Below are positions 50,201 through 63,960 of a DNA stretch of 64,000 bases, in pieces. Source of the DNA: Trichoplax sp. H2. Lineage: Eukaryota. Where the stretch lies: assembly GCA_003344405.1 (NCBI GenBank), contig NOWV01000106.1, forward strand, positions 186,001 to 250,000. Reading direction: 5' to 3'. The translations under genes were made by a program, and so were the position numbers. Position 1 is the stretch's first letter. Each line of letters begins with the position of its first letter. Under the pieces are notes generated by a model. The model worked only from the letters and a program-made list of their open reading frames with translations, was not told the origin of the DNA and did not search any database.

Positions 50201-53200
50201 ACTGATCATATTTATAACCAAGATTAAATTTAGTTTATAACAATGATCATAAAGGTCTATCTTAAAAATAGTTACACACCTTAATAACTCGTAATCTAAT
50301 GTTTTATCAACCTTCACATTAGAAAAGCCGTGCTCTTGTGCGATCTATTATATTCAGAAAATTTAATGAGATAAGATAAGGAAGATAAGTTGTTAATACT
50401 AGCCTTACCGGCGGTATTTGATTTTCAACCCAAGCTGTTGTTGGAAGGATCGAATCCCACATGATCAAATACCTACTCCAGGTCTGATTTACGCGTGATA
50501 TTATTAAAATGAAAGCTGTAGAACCTAGGCGACTCGAATCACTAATTGCTATGGAACTGATCTATATTGCCTTTACCTTTAAGAGCAAGAAATCTGGTCG
50601 ACTGGCCTCTAGCAAGGTTTGAGTTTTGGGAGCAATAAACCAATCGGCAATGGATCTATATACAATACCGAGATAAATTGTGTTTACGAAGGAGATGACT
50701 AAAGATAGTGAACAATTTTCAAGCAAGTACTTTTACCGATTGTTTGTCTTCAAAAACATGAGACCAAGACTTAAAATTGCTCCCGGCGCTGTTACGTTCA
50801 CGTTGATATTTACACCCTCCTGCCGTTAAAATTGAAATCTTGATATGGAATCATTTTAGCAAATTATTGTTATTCCAGATTTTACCTTAATAAGATAGCT
50901 TGACGGCGAAGATTTTTCATCGATAGCGCGTTTCTGAAAGAACATTATGATCGTTATATGCTTATTGCTAAAAGTTTCACATTATTATGTAGTGTCATAC
51001 AGTGACATCTTTATTTCCGCCAACAATATAGTTGTATAAATAATCCGATATTGTCAAATCTGATAATCCAGGAGAACAATCACCACGCTAGTAAACAAAG
51101 AAAATGCCATGTCAACTACATAGTTAATACGAAGCATTTGCACGATGTATAAATTTAAAAATATCTTACACCCAATGTGATCATTCCGAGAGCTATTCCA
51201 GCAGCAACTGAATAGGATTCTCTATCAGTACAATTATCCATCTCTGGACCTGGTCCACGCCCTATCAAGAAGACAGTTTAAGTTCGTAATTTCTTAATAG
51301 CTTTCATTTACTTATTTATGATAAAGAAAATCACACTGAAAGTCAGAGCAGACCTATTTCTATTAGGAGCATCTTGACCATACTTCTGTGTAGGGATCCT
51401 TCAAATAGTAAACCGATACCAATCAACGATGCAATTTGAACGTCTTGTGAGATATTTAACTCCGCTGAAGTAGGTGGGAGAAGGGCTCGGATATGAACAC
51501 TGAGCATTTTAGTGACAGCCAAATCCATCGTTCCACGTCTGTAGTAAGATTAGAGTTTTATAACATCAAATGACTAAACAATATTATAGTTCGATTGAGT
51601 TTTAATATTATATTACTTACTTTGCGGCAGCTATACCTAGTAATAAGCCAATGCTAATCATCGAATGTCCCTAAAAAGTAATTGTGTTGTTATATTTTGT
51701 ATTTACAAAATAGATAAAGTTACTCTTACCATTGATAAATAGTCATGAATACTCGTAGCTTTTAAGTTAGATAAGTGCCCACTTAGTCCCAGAGCCATAA
51801 GAAAACCGGCATGTTCATTTGTTGATTGTTCGTTTTGAGGTTTATTGTAAACAATCCATGTTGAGTCGATCTGAAATAATCATAAAATAAAGCCAGTGTG
51901 TAATATCGTAGACGTAAAAATGATCATAAGGTAGAAGTTATAATCCATAGCATATTCCAAAAACATACATTAAACAATTGATTTACAGGCAAGCACAAAT
52001 ATTAAAACTGAAATTGTTACCTGTGAGAGACCAGGCATAATGCTTATACCAGCAGCTACTCCGTTATGAAAAAGTGGCCAGTCAGTTAAACCTGGATAGT
52101 TACTCATTTCCAACTTAATGATCGCATTTCTAAAAGAAATAATTCTCTATTACGAAATTTATATGTTATGGGCTGCGCTCTAGATTATCTTAATCACATC
52201 GGTAGTTTATTTACTTTGGAGGAATTCGACCAGTTAAATTTAGAGACGGAATTGATACAACTTCAGCGACGATAGGGGAAGACTTGAAAAGAGTCAGCAT
52301 ACCCCTAATAAACATTTATAGCATACTCGTAGATAAGACTTTCAAATCTTTAATAGTATCAATAGTTTCTATGTGATAAAAATAAAATTTTTGAGTAACC
52401 TTCCAACTGGTAGTGCCATAGTTCTTTGACTGATGGTATACAACCATTCTTCTTGTTGTTCAATGTACTCATGATCGCTAAATTAAATATTTTTATAATC
52501 TTCAATCAATATACATAAAATATAAATGAATTTAAGATTTAAATAGATGACGCAGCAGTAAACTAATAAGTAATCAACGGTAAATGGACATTAACCTAGA
52601 TTCAGGTTTTCTAGCTACCGACACTGGTACTGGTTTTGATGATCTCAATAATCTGCCAACCTCCCTGAGCCTAAGATCTTTGCCGAAGATAAGGTTCGTT
52701 ACCTGCCATATAGTTGTTATGATGATAAAATATTAGTGACAATTCGAGGCTACTGCTGGGTTGTACGTTACTAATAAGGAATAAAGCGAATATATAACTT
52801 TTGCTATTATACAAAATCAGATAAAAGTCTACCTTGTTGGATACAGAAGTACTTTCGTCAACATCTTCTTCTAATATTTCATTTGTAGTCTATTTTAAGC
52901 GTAATAAACGTTAAGATTTTGCCAAATTTAATACCAAAACTAGCAAAGATTAAATAACATCACACTCGTAGGTCAATAGTGTTGACTTTTCGTAATGTGA
53001 TTATTTAAGATATTTTTGCCCATCCTAACTTTTGTTTGGTCATCGCTGAAGCGTTGTCTATTACTACGAAGTTTAGTTTGTCCTATTAAATCTTGTCTAT
53101 TAATAAGTTCATATGCTAATTTTGGCCAACTTCCAGATGGATTACGGCGACAATCATTTAAAATTTGATGAAGGATTATCTGTACGCCAAATGTTAGCGA

Positions 53201-56200
53201 ATGCAATTTCCACGATCTAAAGTCTTTAAATTTTGATTAAATATTACTTTTATTAGTATTGTACAGTATAAAAATATTACTTGATATCTAGATACAAACC
53301 ATATGCGACAAGCAGCATTAAGCATTGTTCGGAAATCGTGTTCCCACTTTGCAAGTAGAGAATACGGAAAATAAATTCAAGTCAATGACAAAAATGTAAC
53401 ATGAAATGGTCTTCTAGTTTGCAGCTTACATGTAAACATCAGATGAATTCAAAATTTGATCGCGGTTGTTTATATCTATCGTGAAAGAAAGCAGTGAATA
53501 TAGTTTTGGGGCAATAGATCTTACAATACATTACGAAATGCATATACCAAACATGTAGTATTCATAACGGAAAATAGGCTCAGCAATAGCTTCTTCATTG
53601 CCAGTAAATTTGGTACAGATCTTTAAAATAATAAAAAATTTGTTTATATCTGTAATCTCTAATTAACTAAAAGCTACCAAATTCTCGAAACCTTTCCAAT
53701 CAATTCTAATCGACTGCAAATCCTGGGTATGTAATATAATTTCGTATCTTGCTATAAATTTAAGAAAAATCTTAGAATGATATTGAGAGAAGTACGGTAT
53801 ATACAAACACGTTTGATGAATTAATTTTACGAGCAATTACCTTCAATCGACGGAAACACTGGATCATCCAATTTCTGACATTGATGGGATACGACGTAAT
53901 ATAAGACGGCATTGTTTGTGATAACCGCTCTATTAATCAAATGCAGTAACAATAAGAAGGTTTACTCATTACTATCCAATACACGAACAAAGCATTGTCA
54001 TTTTACAACTTTGAAATAATTGATAATCCCACCTGTAGGTACTACTTCCTGTAAGTTGTAAGTAAATAATTTAGGGAAGTCGCGGCGGTAGTAATCAAGA
54101 TAAAATTTTGCGTCTAAAATACTAATGTAACAGAATTATAAGTAGTTTTAGAAGTTATTTATACCAATTTTAAAATAAAATTTATTGATAAGACACTTGA
54201 TTACCTGGCACAGAAGTACAAGAATTGAGCTAATGGATAAAGTGAAGTAGCTGCAGTACTATCTAATTTAAATTCCTAAGGTATCGGATATCAAAACAAC
54301 ATACTTAGGTAGGTGAACGACCAGCATTACCGTTACCATTAACGACGAAAAACATAAATGATATGATAGATATGATTTATAAAACTAACCTCATAGATCA
54401 GATGGAGAGAAAATAAAATAGAGGGCAAATGCTGATAACCGATCCAGTTCTTATCAGGTCTACGATTCCGATGGATTTGTTAAGTAAGTTTTTTGAAATT
54501 TTAAATTTAAAATAGTATTGACATAAAAACTTAATTGCCCCTAAATGTCTAAATATATCAGTAACTAACTTGATACACTTTGTTACTATAACGTCAAGCA
54601 GATCTTCTTTGGTATATCGAGCATGAATTGGTGTTTGGAGGACCGCTGACCATATCTAATAAAGAATTTTTGGATTATAAAACTGCAATCTAATTTCAAA
54701 AAGCACCTTAGAAGAAGATGATTTAATTCAAGTTATCAATATATTAGATAAGAACGACTTACATCAGTTCCAATCCTAGTGCCAGTGCCCTGTAAGGTTG
54801 TCATCCAATTCAGGCATGAAATTTATCAGTTATTCAAAAAAAACCAACGTCGTATTTATGTGAGCATATCAATATACATATGTCAATCGAATCTTAATTA
54901 ATAGTGTATATTGCGCACTGTACTTACGCTTACTTCTTCTAGAGAGCCTTTTTCAGATATAAGCCATAATAGAAATCTTACAAATACTTCCAGACTACAT
55001 TCGATATTGTCATAAGATTTGTTGACAGATGCTTTCAAGTACTGAGCTAGTATTGTAAATCCAATTTCTTCCGGTAGTAATTGATGCAAAGCAGCTAAGG
55101 ACGATTTAACTGCGAGATTTTATCAAAAATGTAAAACGATTTTTAATTTGTTGACTACGATCTGCTTCAGATCTCCTGTATTATCGCTACGATATGTACA
55201 ATAGCACGCTCTCACCGATAACATTCGATGGCAGCTTCAATAAAGGTATACGGAACATTTTCCCGTAGTTATTAGTCTATACAAAAGATACAATACATTA
55301 GTACTAGATTACACGAACTAAAACTTCGTACTACCGTATCATAAATTGCATTCATTATTCATACCACTATAAGTGTATCAAACGCCCATTGATATAGGAA
55401 CTGAATCGATCCTGTACATATTGTTAAATCAGTTATTAATTCTAGGAATCAGCAGAATGTAGTATTCGTAATATTTCGTCATACCTGGAATTTTCCAGAG
55501 ATCGAAGTTCAGCTGACAAATCTAGCGGAATCGAGTAGTCAATTAGGACAATGTCAGATAAAACTAACTGAACTTGTGAAATCTACCTGTAGAAGGCCGT
55601 TATAAAAGTAACCATTTGATGCGTTATCTAAAACAGCAATTATACCAGTTTCCTATATAAAAATAACGTCGATGGGTTAACTTATACCATCAATACCGTT
55701 TAGCTACTGCATTGTGTACATAAAGTGCAATCTGTAAATCCATACGTAGGCAAGCATTTACCGTCATGCATGCGACATCCTTGCTCTCTATTGTTAGCTT
55801 ATATTCAAAATTCATATCATGATATTGATAAACTCTAGAGAATAGAAAAGGTGGGGTTAAAATTACGAATTGAAACTAACTGATCATTCAATATTTAATG
55901 ACAGTAATCATTTTAACGTCGCTAATTGTACCTTAGCTGATCTCCTACAAGACAGTAAAAATATTTTCTCCCGTAGAAATCAGTAGCGAAGAAAGCTTTC
56001 TTCGCAACCGAAGCCAAGCAGCTAAAAAAATTTGATTTCATACAACAACTATATTAATAAGTATTTTTTAAGGCCACTGATAGTATAATGAACTAACAGT
56101 TAATTTATTACTAATACATCATTTAATACACACATGTCTTCTTCCCATATTTTAGATAAACATATTTCCGATAGTACAGGTTGTAGAGGCTCAGTACTAT

Positions 56201-58998
56201 ATATATTTGTTTTGACGAAAGAAAAATCTCGACCTTGGCGATTTAGTGAAAGTTGAATACTGGACGCGGTTGGCGTTTGGTGTCCGATGGTCGGATGCTG
56301 TTGCAAACGGTTTATATCGTCCCTGCCCTGTAGAGGATGAACTTGTTGAGCAGGCATGTGTGGTATTAGCGTAGAAACTGGCGTGTTTCGATGATGCGAA
56401 ATTACACTAGAATTGACAGGTGGAGGAGTATAACTTCGAAAAGGTGATAGGGCTGCGGAATGATGGAGATTCTGCGATTTTGTCGTAAGATTATGCAGTC
56501 GCTGATCGGTAAAATTAACGGACGCTAATGGGTCTGTGTTGAAGGAATCAGATGTATTCTATACAACAATAACGAAGATAAATATAATTACATACTATAT
56601 ATAAATTTAAAGAAAGGCAGAATTACACGCGCTAACCTCAGTTTTTAATTTTCGTGGTTGCCAAAGAGAATGCTTATTTCTATTTTTATCAAAAATAAGA
56701 ATGAACTCAGGTTCTCTTATGGTGGTGACGACTTGATATTCAGGACCATAAAAATATTTTGATTCACCGCCTAAACAATAAGAGAATCATCAATAAATTT
56801 AAATTACTTAATTTTTTAGCCAGAAAAAATTTATGATATACACTTATACAAAAATATAAAGTTAATACAGGGCATTGTGATAGCTGCAAAAAAGTTAGCT
56901 TACTTTCAAGATTGATGAATACCGGATGAGGTTCGTCGATTGGATTTGAGATCGTGTACAACTCGGGTATTCGTTTACCATGTCTATGATATAGTACAAT
57001 AGCCAGATGTATTTGCATTATTATAATACGGAAAGGTTAAATTGGATAGTGAATAATTTTAGCACTCGAGCTACAGAATGATGTATGGCTAAGACTAAAG
57101 ATATTGAAATAAACAGTATCTATATTACTTTTCATATTCTGATTCTGTAAATCGTCTTTGTATTAAAAGGCCGGTGGATATATTCCAAACGTGTTGTACC
57201 TATTTAAGTGTTGAAGATTAATGCTTTAAATTGTAAATTGATGTACAGAAACGAATTATAAAATACCAAATTGGACAATTCACAAAGACCTTACGTAAAA
57301 TAAATACTATCAGCTGCATAAGCTACGATAAATCGGTAAAGTTTCTGTCAGTTTTTATAAAGTTCCACAGAGTACTTACCGGAAAAGGCGTTGAGCTGGT
57401 AAAGAAAGATCCATCCTCTGCGTAAAAACTTATAAAGTTTTGCTCAATAATGCATAACTTTTGATTTTTAGCCCCATGATGACCTAAAGAGAAGTCATTC
57501 AATAATCGTTTTAGCTATACAGTTCATCAAGTATGATCGCAGTTAAGATAGAAATTTTTCATTTAACTGCAATATATAACGTTTATAGTGATAAAGTACA
57601 GCTATTCGTACGTTTTGTATTTGTGTCTTCTGAAAAGGTACACCAAAGCACCTATTGAATATAAAATAGTCAAAGTATCAAATGTAATAAATTTAGCATA
57701 CTTAAAGATATCGTCTTACTGACGTCGATTATTGGCGTTTCCACGGTAAAAGTTTTGACGATTTTGTTCGTATCGCCTATGCCACTAAAGCTTAGGACAA
57801 CAGTCTTATCGCATACATAGATCTAATACAAGTATATAATAAATTTCGTGACCACATTGCAATATATTTGCTGAAGAGCTTTAATTTGGTAAGATCACAC
57901 TGGGATGACCTAATAAATTTTCTTCTTGATTTAGCATCATAGCATTTTATTTTAACTACTATTATATGCAGCTTTAATATTTGCATAATTCTTTCTTTTA
58001 ATATTGCTTCTAAATACATGCGTGTCTGTAATATGTGCGTACATGATGATATTTTTAACATTACAAACGCTATTCTCATAAACATATTCATTAAATTAAT
58101 AAGATTAGATTATATCGATGACGTACTTCCTTCTCTGTAGCTACATTCCCTTCATCTTGGTCGTCTGCGTAATATGTAACTTTCCAAAAATCCTAAATGA
58201 GCGTTGTATATTGATAAATTGACTTTACTGTATATATATATATAATATTAGACTATGGAACTATCATAAAAAAAATTATCATGGTTTATGGTAGCCAATG
58301 AATCTATTTCCATAGCTAAGATCGAAAACGAATAACTTGTAAATTCCGATTAACAGTAGATTTTATGGATATTTTGATGGGTTAAAATGACCTTCACTGC
58401 TTGTGACTGGTTCAGTTGAAATTTGTGCACATTTACTTGAATAGTACTGTAACGTACACGAATGTGGTTTGAATTATAATAACTCAGATTGATCGTTTGC
58501 AAATAATGGGTTAGAAACTCTGAGATTCTAGATAGAGCTATAGGGTTCAATTATATTATTGGGTATAAAAGTCATTCGCCGTACGCATGCTGTGCCCATA
58601 AAATTTATTATACGAGTATGAAACTATAGTACGCAAATATTTTACTAATCTGCAAACTTTTACAGAAAGATGAAAGATTTTTTCAGCACTGTACAGTATT
58701 ACATTCAAGTCTTTCGATAGCTATATTCATTACTTTCTGGACAGTGTCCGAATATTGCAAAAGTACATATCAATATTGAATCAGTATACTACAAGAACAA
58801 ATGCAGATGCAAACATACACGTACATTATCTTATGCAAGTGATGAATGATATGTTAAAAATAGTATCTATCTACACTATATATACGTCATATTTATTTTG
58901 GTAGAAACCTTCTGTTCTTGGTAACCGTTTTCATCATTTTTACCAAGCGGATGTCGATCTCGATAGTAAATCTTTCCATTTGGTATAAAGTCTTCCAT
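47248..58998 (-). CDS. ANAPC1: Anaphase-promoting complex subunit 1 (many short exons)
   Basis: N-terminus MEDFIPNG...RHP; DLRLREVGRLLRSSKP, WPLFHNGVAAG, HAGFLMALGLSGHL, TKMLSVHIRALLP, DRESYSVAAGIALG, AGACMAIGFRFAGS, HLQALRHLYALA, GPRYWP; last exon ends ...KDNMDYE*. Confidence 0.95.
58425..58546 (+). repeat. Dispersed ~120-bp repeat, copy 1 (in an ANAPC1 intron)
   Basis: Aligns by eye with 63845-63960 in direct orientation with scattered substitutions. Confidence 0.85.
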
Positions 58999-59109
58999 CC
59001 TCGTTAATTCAAGCACAAAGGTCTATTTGTAATGGGGTATTTCTCTGTTCGAGATTTAAGAAAGTAGACAACAGAAAATAGCTTATTAGTGGATTAGCAT
59101 TAGCGCAAT

Positions 59110-60074
59110 GTCAATATGCTATAAATGAAATCTTGCAGATAGAGCTTGCAGTATAATAGGAAAATAGGAAGTCTAACCAGAGCATAGAGTACCATTACTG
59201 TATCTATCAGTATACAATACTGTAGATAGTATAGTACAAGTCACTGCTGGTATTTTTTCTACTGTGCAAAAATCTAGGCAATCATGGATGGTATAACAAA
59301 CTTCTTGGAGATTCAGAACAATGATATGTAAATGGATAGTCAAACATGAGACACCTCCATCTTTTAACTTTACGTATTTTTATGTGGTAATATTTTATAG
59401 TCCATCGTTGGGAGTTGGGATCAACTTATGAATAAATTGGGAAATTATCTCCTACATATTGACTACTATACAAGTTTGACACTGAGGTCAAATGACCTCA
59501 TTGTGTTTATAAACTCTATAAAGATGTCTTTCTAGCTAGTAAAAAGACATTAGCAGATATCTAGTAGGAGCATTGAAGATGTAGTACAATTACAGGTTGA
59601 TCGAGTTCAAGTGAAAATTTCGATTGGTACATGATACTAAAAGATTGAAAGTGCCCATTTATGTATGATTCTAAGAAGGAAAGGTAAAGATCTTATTGAG
59701 TAGTCATTAATAATAATATATTGTAGAGTACTACTACTGTAGATTGGCATCTATCTGTAAGATAAGCAAAAACACTTTCTGCAATGATTAACTTGGTGGT
59801 GCTCTATCCAGATAGCTCAAAAACACAAATATGATTTCAAAGTGGTAATATTAATCTACAACTGGGTAAAAACAGTAGAAATAGCCAAGACATACTCTAG
59901 ATAATACAGAAATAACAGTCATTTATTTATTGTAATCATGGACTATCTTAAGTTACATTGAATTTTAGTCAATAATCTGCACAGTCGCACAACTCTACTT
60001 TCTACTGCTTGTAGGTAAAACGTTGCCAATTTGCATCACAAGAAATCAACTCATTGGATAGTTAATATACGTAC
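59110..60074. other. Hairpin-rich island in the putative ANAPC1 5'UTR intron (59045-60074)
   Basis: gtcaatatg/catattgac (59110/59455), tgaggtca/tgacctca, atgtcttt/aaagacat, gtcaaac/gtttgac; minus-strand donor GTACGT at 60074 and acceptor ...CAG at 59045. Confidence 0.4.
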
Positions 60075-60264
60075 CACGCAGCTAGTCCCAATTTTTCCGA
60101 AGTAGTTACGGGTTGCCTTTTAATTGAATTTTATGTTCTATGGCAAGGGATTCAATTTGCATGCATACCAAGAGCAATGTTATAACCTGGAAAATGGATC
60201 GATTTGGAAGGCGAGAAAATCAATCTCCATTCACAGCTCATTGCTCGATCTACAGTAAAGGATG

Positions 60265-60662
60265 ACACTGTATTCTCTACCGTACTATACCGTAACGGTT
60301 GGGGGGTACTGTACCGTCAGTACAGTATAGTGCACTGTTTCAGTGAGGAGTCTACAGCTAGTACAATAGTACACCAGTCAGATAATTTGATTTTCGCGCC
60401 AGATGCAACCTTTCAGTGTGTACAGTACTCTCTTACGATGTATGTACTGTGAAGTAGTACTGTACACTGTACTGTCCACTGCCAACAGGTACAGTACAGT
60501 ACAGTACAGTACTGTACTGCATTGTACTGTACTGTACTGTACTGTACTAGCATGGACCTCTACAGTACAGTACTGTACTGTACAGTACTGTACACTACTG
60601 TACTGTAGGTCTACAGTACTGTAGCATGGGCCAAAGGCCGTATCGGTACTGTACTGGTACCG
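60265..60662. repeat. Largest TACTG/CAGTA cluster, between the divergent ANAPC1 and membrane-protein genes
   Basis: Long (cagta)n(tactg)n arrays; these explain the spurious ORFs in 60204-60624. Confidence 0.85.
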
Positions 60663-60726
60663 TAAATACGATACAATTTAACCTTCAGGGTTAAAGCGGA
60701 ACCTGTACTGGCAACGATGAGCAACG

Positions 60727-62022
60727 ATGAGCTCTAATGTTAATAGCCCAAAACCCAAGATGTCATTTTTCAGGTAAGCAAAGACATATTATTCTACCTC
60801 TGGCATACTGGTCTTGTCGAACAGAAGTACAAATTTCATTAAAAACTGCTACAAACAAGCACTACTTTCATTGTGTCTTGTGTTAGCCTGAAGCAATGTC
60901 TGTATTGTATACATTATATATGGATATACGAGTATGCGGGTATACAAAGTACCAGTATGGACTCCTACTATAAGAGCACGAGCATCGGCCATTGCAGTCT
61001 ATAGCTAAGATGAAATGAAGCATTTAGGCAGATATTTAGCCATAGTTAGCTAGATACCATATGATTACAAAATAGGATACTCAAGCTTGATTGTGATAGT
61101 AGACACATACATCAAACTTGTAGAAAGGATGAAAAGGAACCTGTTGGCAAAGTAGGCTGTTTTGAGATATCAAGGATGCGAGCCATTCTCTTGACAAATT
61201 CATTTGCAGAAGTACAGTGTTAATTAATTGTAACTAGCATACAACCCACTCTCTATAATAATTAGAAAGTAGTAAAATGACAAATCTATGACTGGTGAAA
61301 TGATTGCATTTAAAAAATATGTACACAACTTGAATAATACAATTAGTCGGGTAACAGGATACTTCATGCAGTGATCGTCAATTTGTTATGATGGAATGAT
61401 CTAGGCCTTGCAGTCGTCATCAAATCTTTCCCATCCTCTGTGGGTGTAAAGGCTTTATTTACACCTAATAGTAGGGATAAGCGTGGTAGTAACTCGTTCT
61501 ACACATATTTATTTTCGTAAAATTTTGTTAATATTATACTGTACCAATAAATTTCCTGTTCAGAATTTTGCTCGTTGCACGCCCAATACCGCATCGAAAG
61601 TGATGACTATCATCATTTCGATGAAATTATTTACTGTACTTTGGCATCTCGCTGATTCATTCCTATGACAATAATTAATGGAAATTGACAATTTATAATT
61701 CGAAAAGTCATCGTTTCTTTTCGGACTGTATAATTTAATGTGCGTTAAATTATTTACAATCAGTAACCAAGATCTGAAGCTTTATAGTCATAGTAAACTT
61801 ACTATTGATATACGAGTATTAGGGACTGCTAGAGGTTGCTCGAGTATATTGCCTCTTAATGATATGGTATTTATTGACTTTTAATACGCATTGGAAGATT
61901 AATTTAAAAATTTCTTAAACAGATATATAGGGTTGGGTATCGTTCTTTCCTCAGCCGTATTATTCTTACTTGTCAATACCGGAAGTATCGTCAATAAGCC
62001 AAAAAATTCGATTAAATCTACA
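60727..62022 (+). CDS. 5' part of a type II membrane / signal-anchor protein gene (remaining exons not found in the window)
   Basis: Exons 60727-60773 (CAG|GTAAGC) and 61923-62022 (ACA|GTAAGA) give MSSNVNSPKPKMSFFRYIGLGIVLSSAVLFLLVNTGSIVNKPKNSIKST... Confidence 0.6.
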
Positions 62023-62934
62023 GTAAGAAATTTATTGCTCTTTCCCCACTAAACGTAAATTGCTTTAAATTACTGAAGATGTAGAGATGAAAGCCATTAG
62101 TTAAAACCTAATTAAAATATTTTAAGTGATAATATCCACAATCGTGCTGCAGTGTTAATGTATCAAGTGCTTAATTATGCTAACTATTTAGTCAGTTTTA
62201 CTTTCAGCTTTATAGTTATTCATTTCTTTCTTTCTTAAAAGCGAAATACTTCAAGATGGGATGAATAAATCATTGGATCCTTCCTTCCTTTCAATATTTT
62301 AAATGGAATCACTTAAGCTTTCTTCTCCGTATTGTTTGAAAAAGTGTGATACAGAAAATGAATTCAATCTATAATTTATCTGCTCTCACTTTTACGATAT
62401 GAAAGCTATTAGAGTAATGCATTTATCTTTGATGTTATCCGCTATCTATCTCTAATGTCTTTTTATTCCCACTAATTTATAATTACATCGCTGAAGGCTA
62501 AATGTTGTAAATACTTATTGTATTGTGTCTTCAATAAAATGTGATAACAGCCCCGCAACTAGTGTTCCACATTCTATTCGATTTGACCATTTTGACCTAA
62601 ATTCGATTCAATTCAAAATTTGTGCAAGTAAAATTCGGTTTATTTTTACGTGAATATACAATAAATAGTCATTTGAAATTGTATATTTGTAAATTTATTG
62701 GCGTATACCATTATAATATTAGCTCTATAGAGAGAAAATAAAGAATTTCATATCAAGCAACTAGTAAATAGACATCATTTATGACAGATGTTAAAACGTT
62801 CATTTGCAAAATAGCCAATGTGCCGTGTTTGGTAAATGCCCGTGTATATCAAAACGCTATTAGGACCATTATAATTTATAATTGCAATATAGAATTAATA
62901 ACAAAGGTCAAAGATACAAATACAGGATAATATG

Positions 62935-63190
62935 TTTAAATCTTGTTATGTAACAGCGATAAATACTACGATATATTTAAATCTTGCTACAATTCTGACA
63001 TCTTAGTATGTTTCAGTCTTAGCATAATTCATAATGCACGTTTTATTTGCAATCTTAGCTTAACTCTTATACTCTATGATGTGTTGCAATCTTAATACTC
63101 TATGATAAGTTGAAATCTTTGTGGAGTTCTAATACTGAGTGATATATTTTGTAATCATTGCGCAACTCAAATTTGTCGCAATCTTAGGGT
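62935..63190. repeat. Degenerate minisatellite with (gc)aatctt core
   Basis: Repeated aatctt(a/g), including two ~26-nt units tactctatgat..gttg(c/a)aatctt at ~63070-63120. Confidence 0.55.
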
Positions 63191-63844
63191 ACCGTACCCT
63201 GACACTCTGATATGCAGCACTATTAGTGCAACTCTGATGTATTACTATGATTTAGTGCCAATACATTTTATTTTAACTACTATTACATGCAGCTTTATTA
63301 TCTGTGTCTTTCTTTTCAATGTTGATTCCATAACGTGCCTATCCGTGACGTGCACACAAAATTATAAAATTCTTAATATTAAGAGTAGGATTCTCATCAA
63401 CATATTCATCAATAACATTAGGTCATATCGATCGCGTATTTCCTTCCCTATAGCTATATTTCCTTTATCTTGGTCGTTTACGTAATATACCCTTAGCTTT
63501 CAAAAAAATCCTAATATATTGTACATTTATAAATTTAGTATCTTAATATATGAAAAATTCACTTTATTGCATAAAATAGGTTCGTCTTATAACTACCAAG
63601 AAATATCTGGCTACAATCAGATTATCTAAGTTACTACAGCAAAATTCATCATTGATATATGTTACAATCAGCTATAGAATTTTTTTAGCAACACAATGAA
63701 TTTATTGTCATAGTTAAGATCGAAATAAATAACTTATAAATTTTGATGAATTGTAGATTTACGTATATTTTGATAGATTAAAACGGTCATTAATGTTTAT
63801 GAGTGGCTTAGTAGATACAACAAGAGTATCATTAATTGAGGTTG

Positions 63845-63960
63845 GTGTACATTTACTAGAATAGTATTGTATGTGTATGTGGTTTGAATTATGATAACTC
63901 AGATTAATTGTTTGCCAATAATGGGGTAGAAATTTACGATTCTAGATAGAACTATAGGGT
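63845..63960 (+). repeat. Dispersed ~120-bp repeat, copy 2
   Basis: tgtggtttgaattat(a/g)ataactcagatt...gattctagataga(g/a)ctatagggt shared with 58425-58546. Confidence 0.85.

Noticed and set aside
62200-63490. Purine-rich minus-strand tracts resembling decayed coding sequence
   Set aside because: Multiple stops in all frames and no identifiable domain
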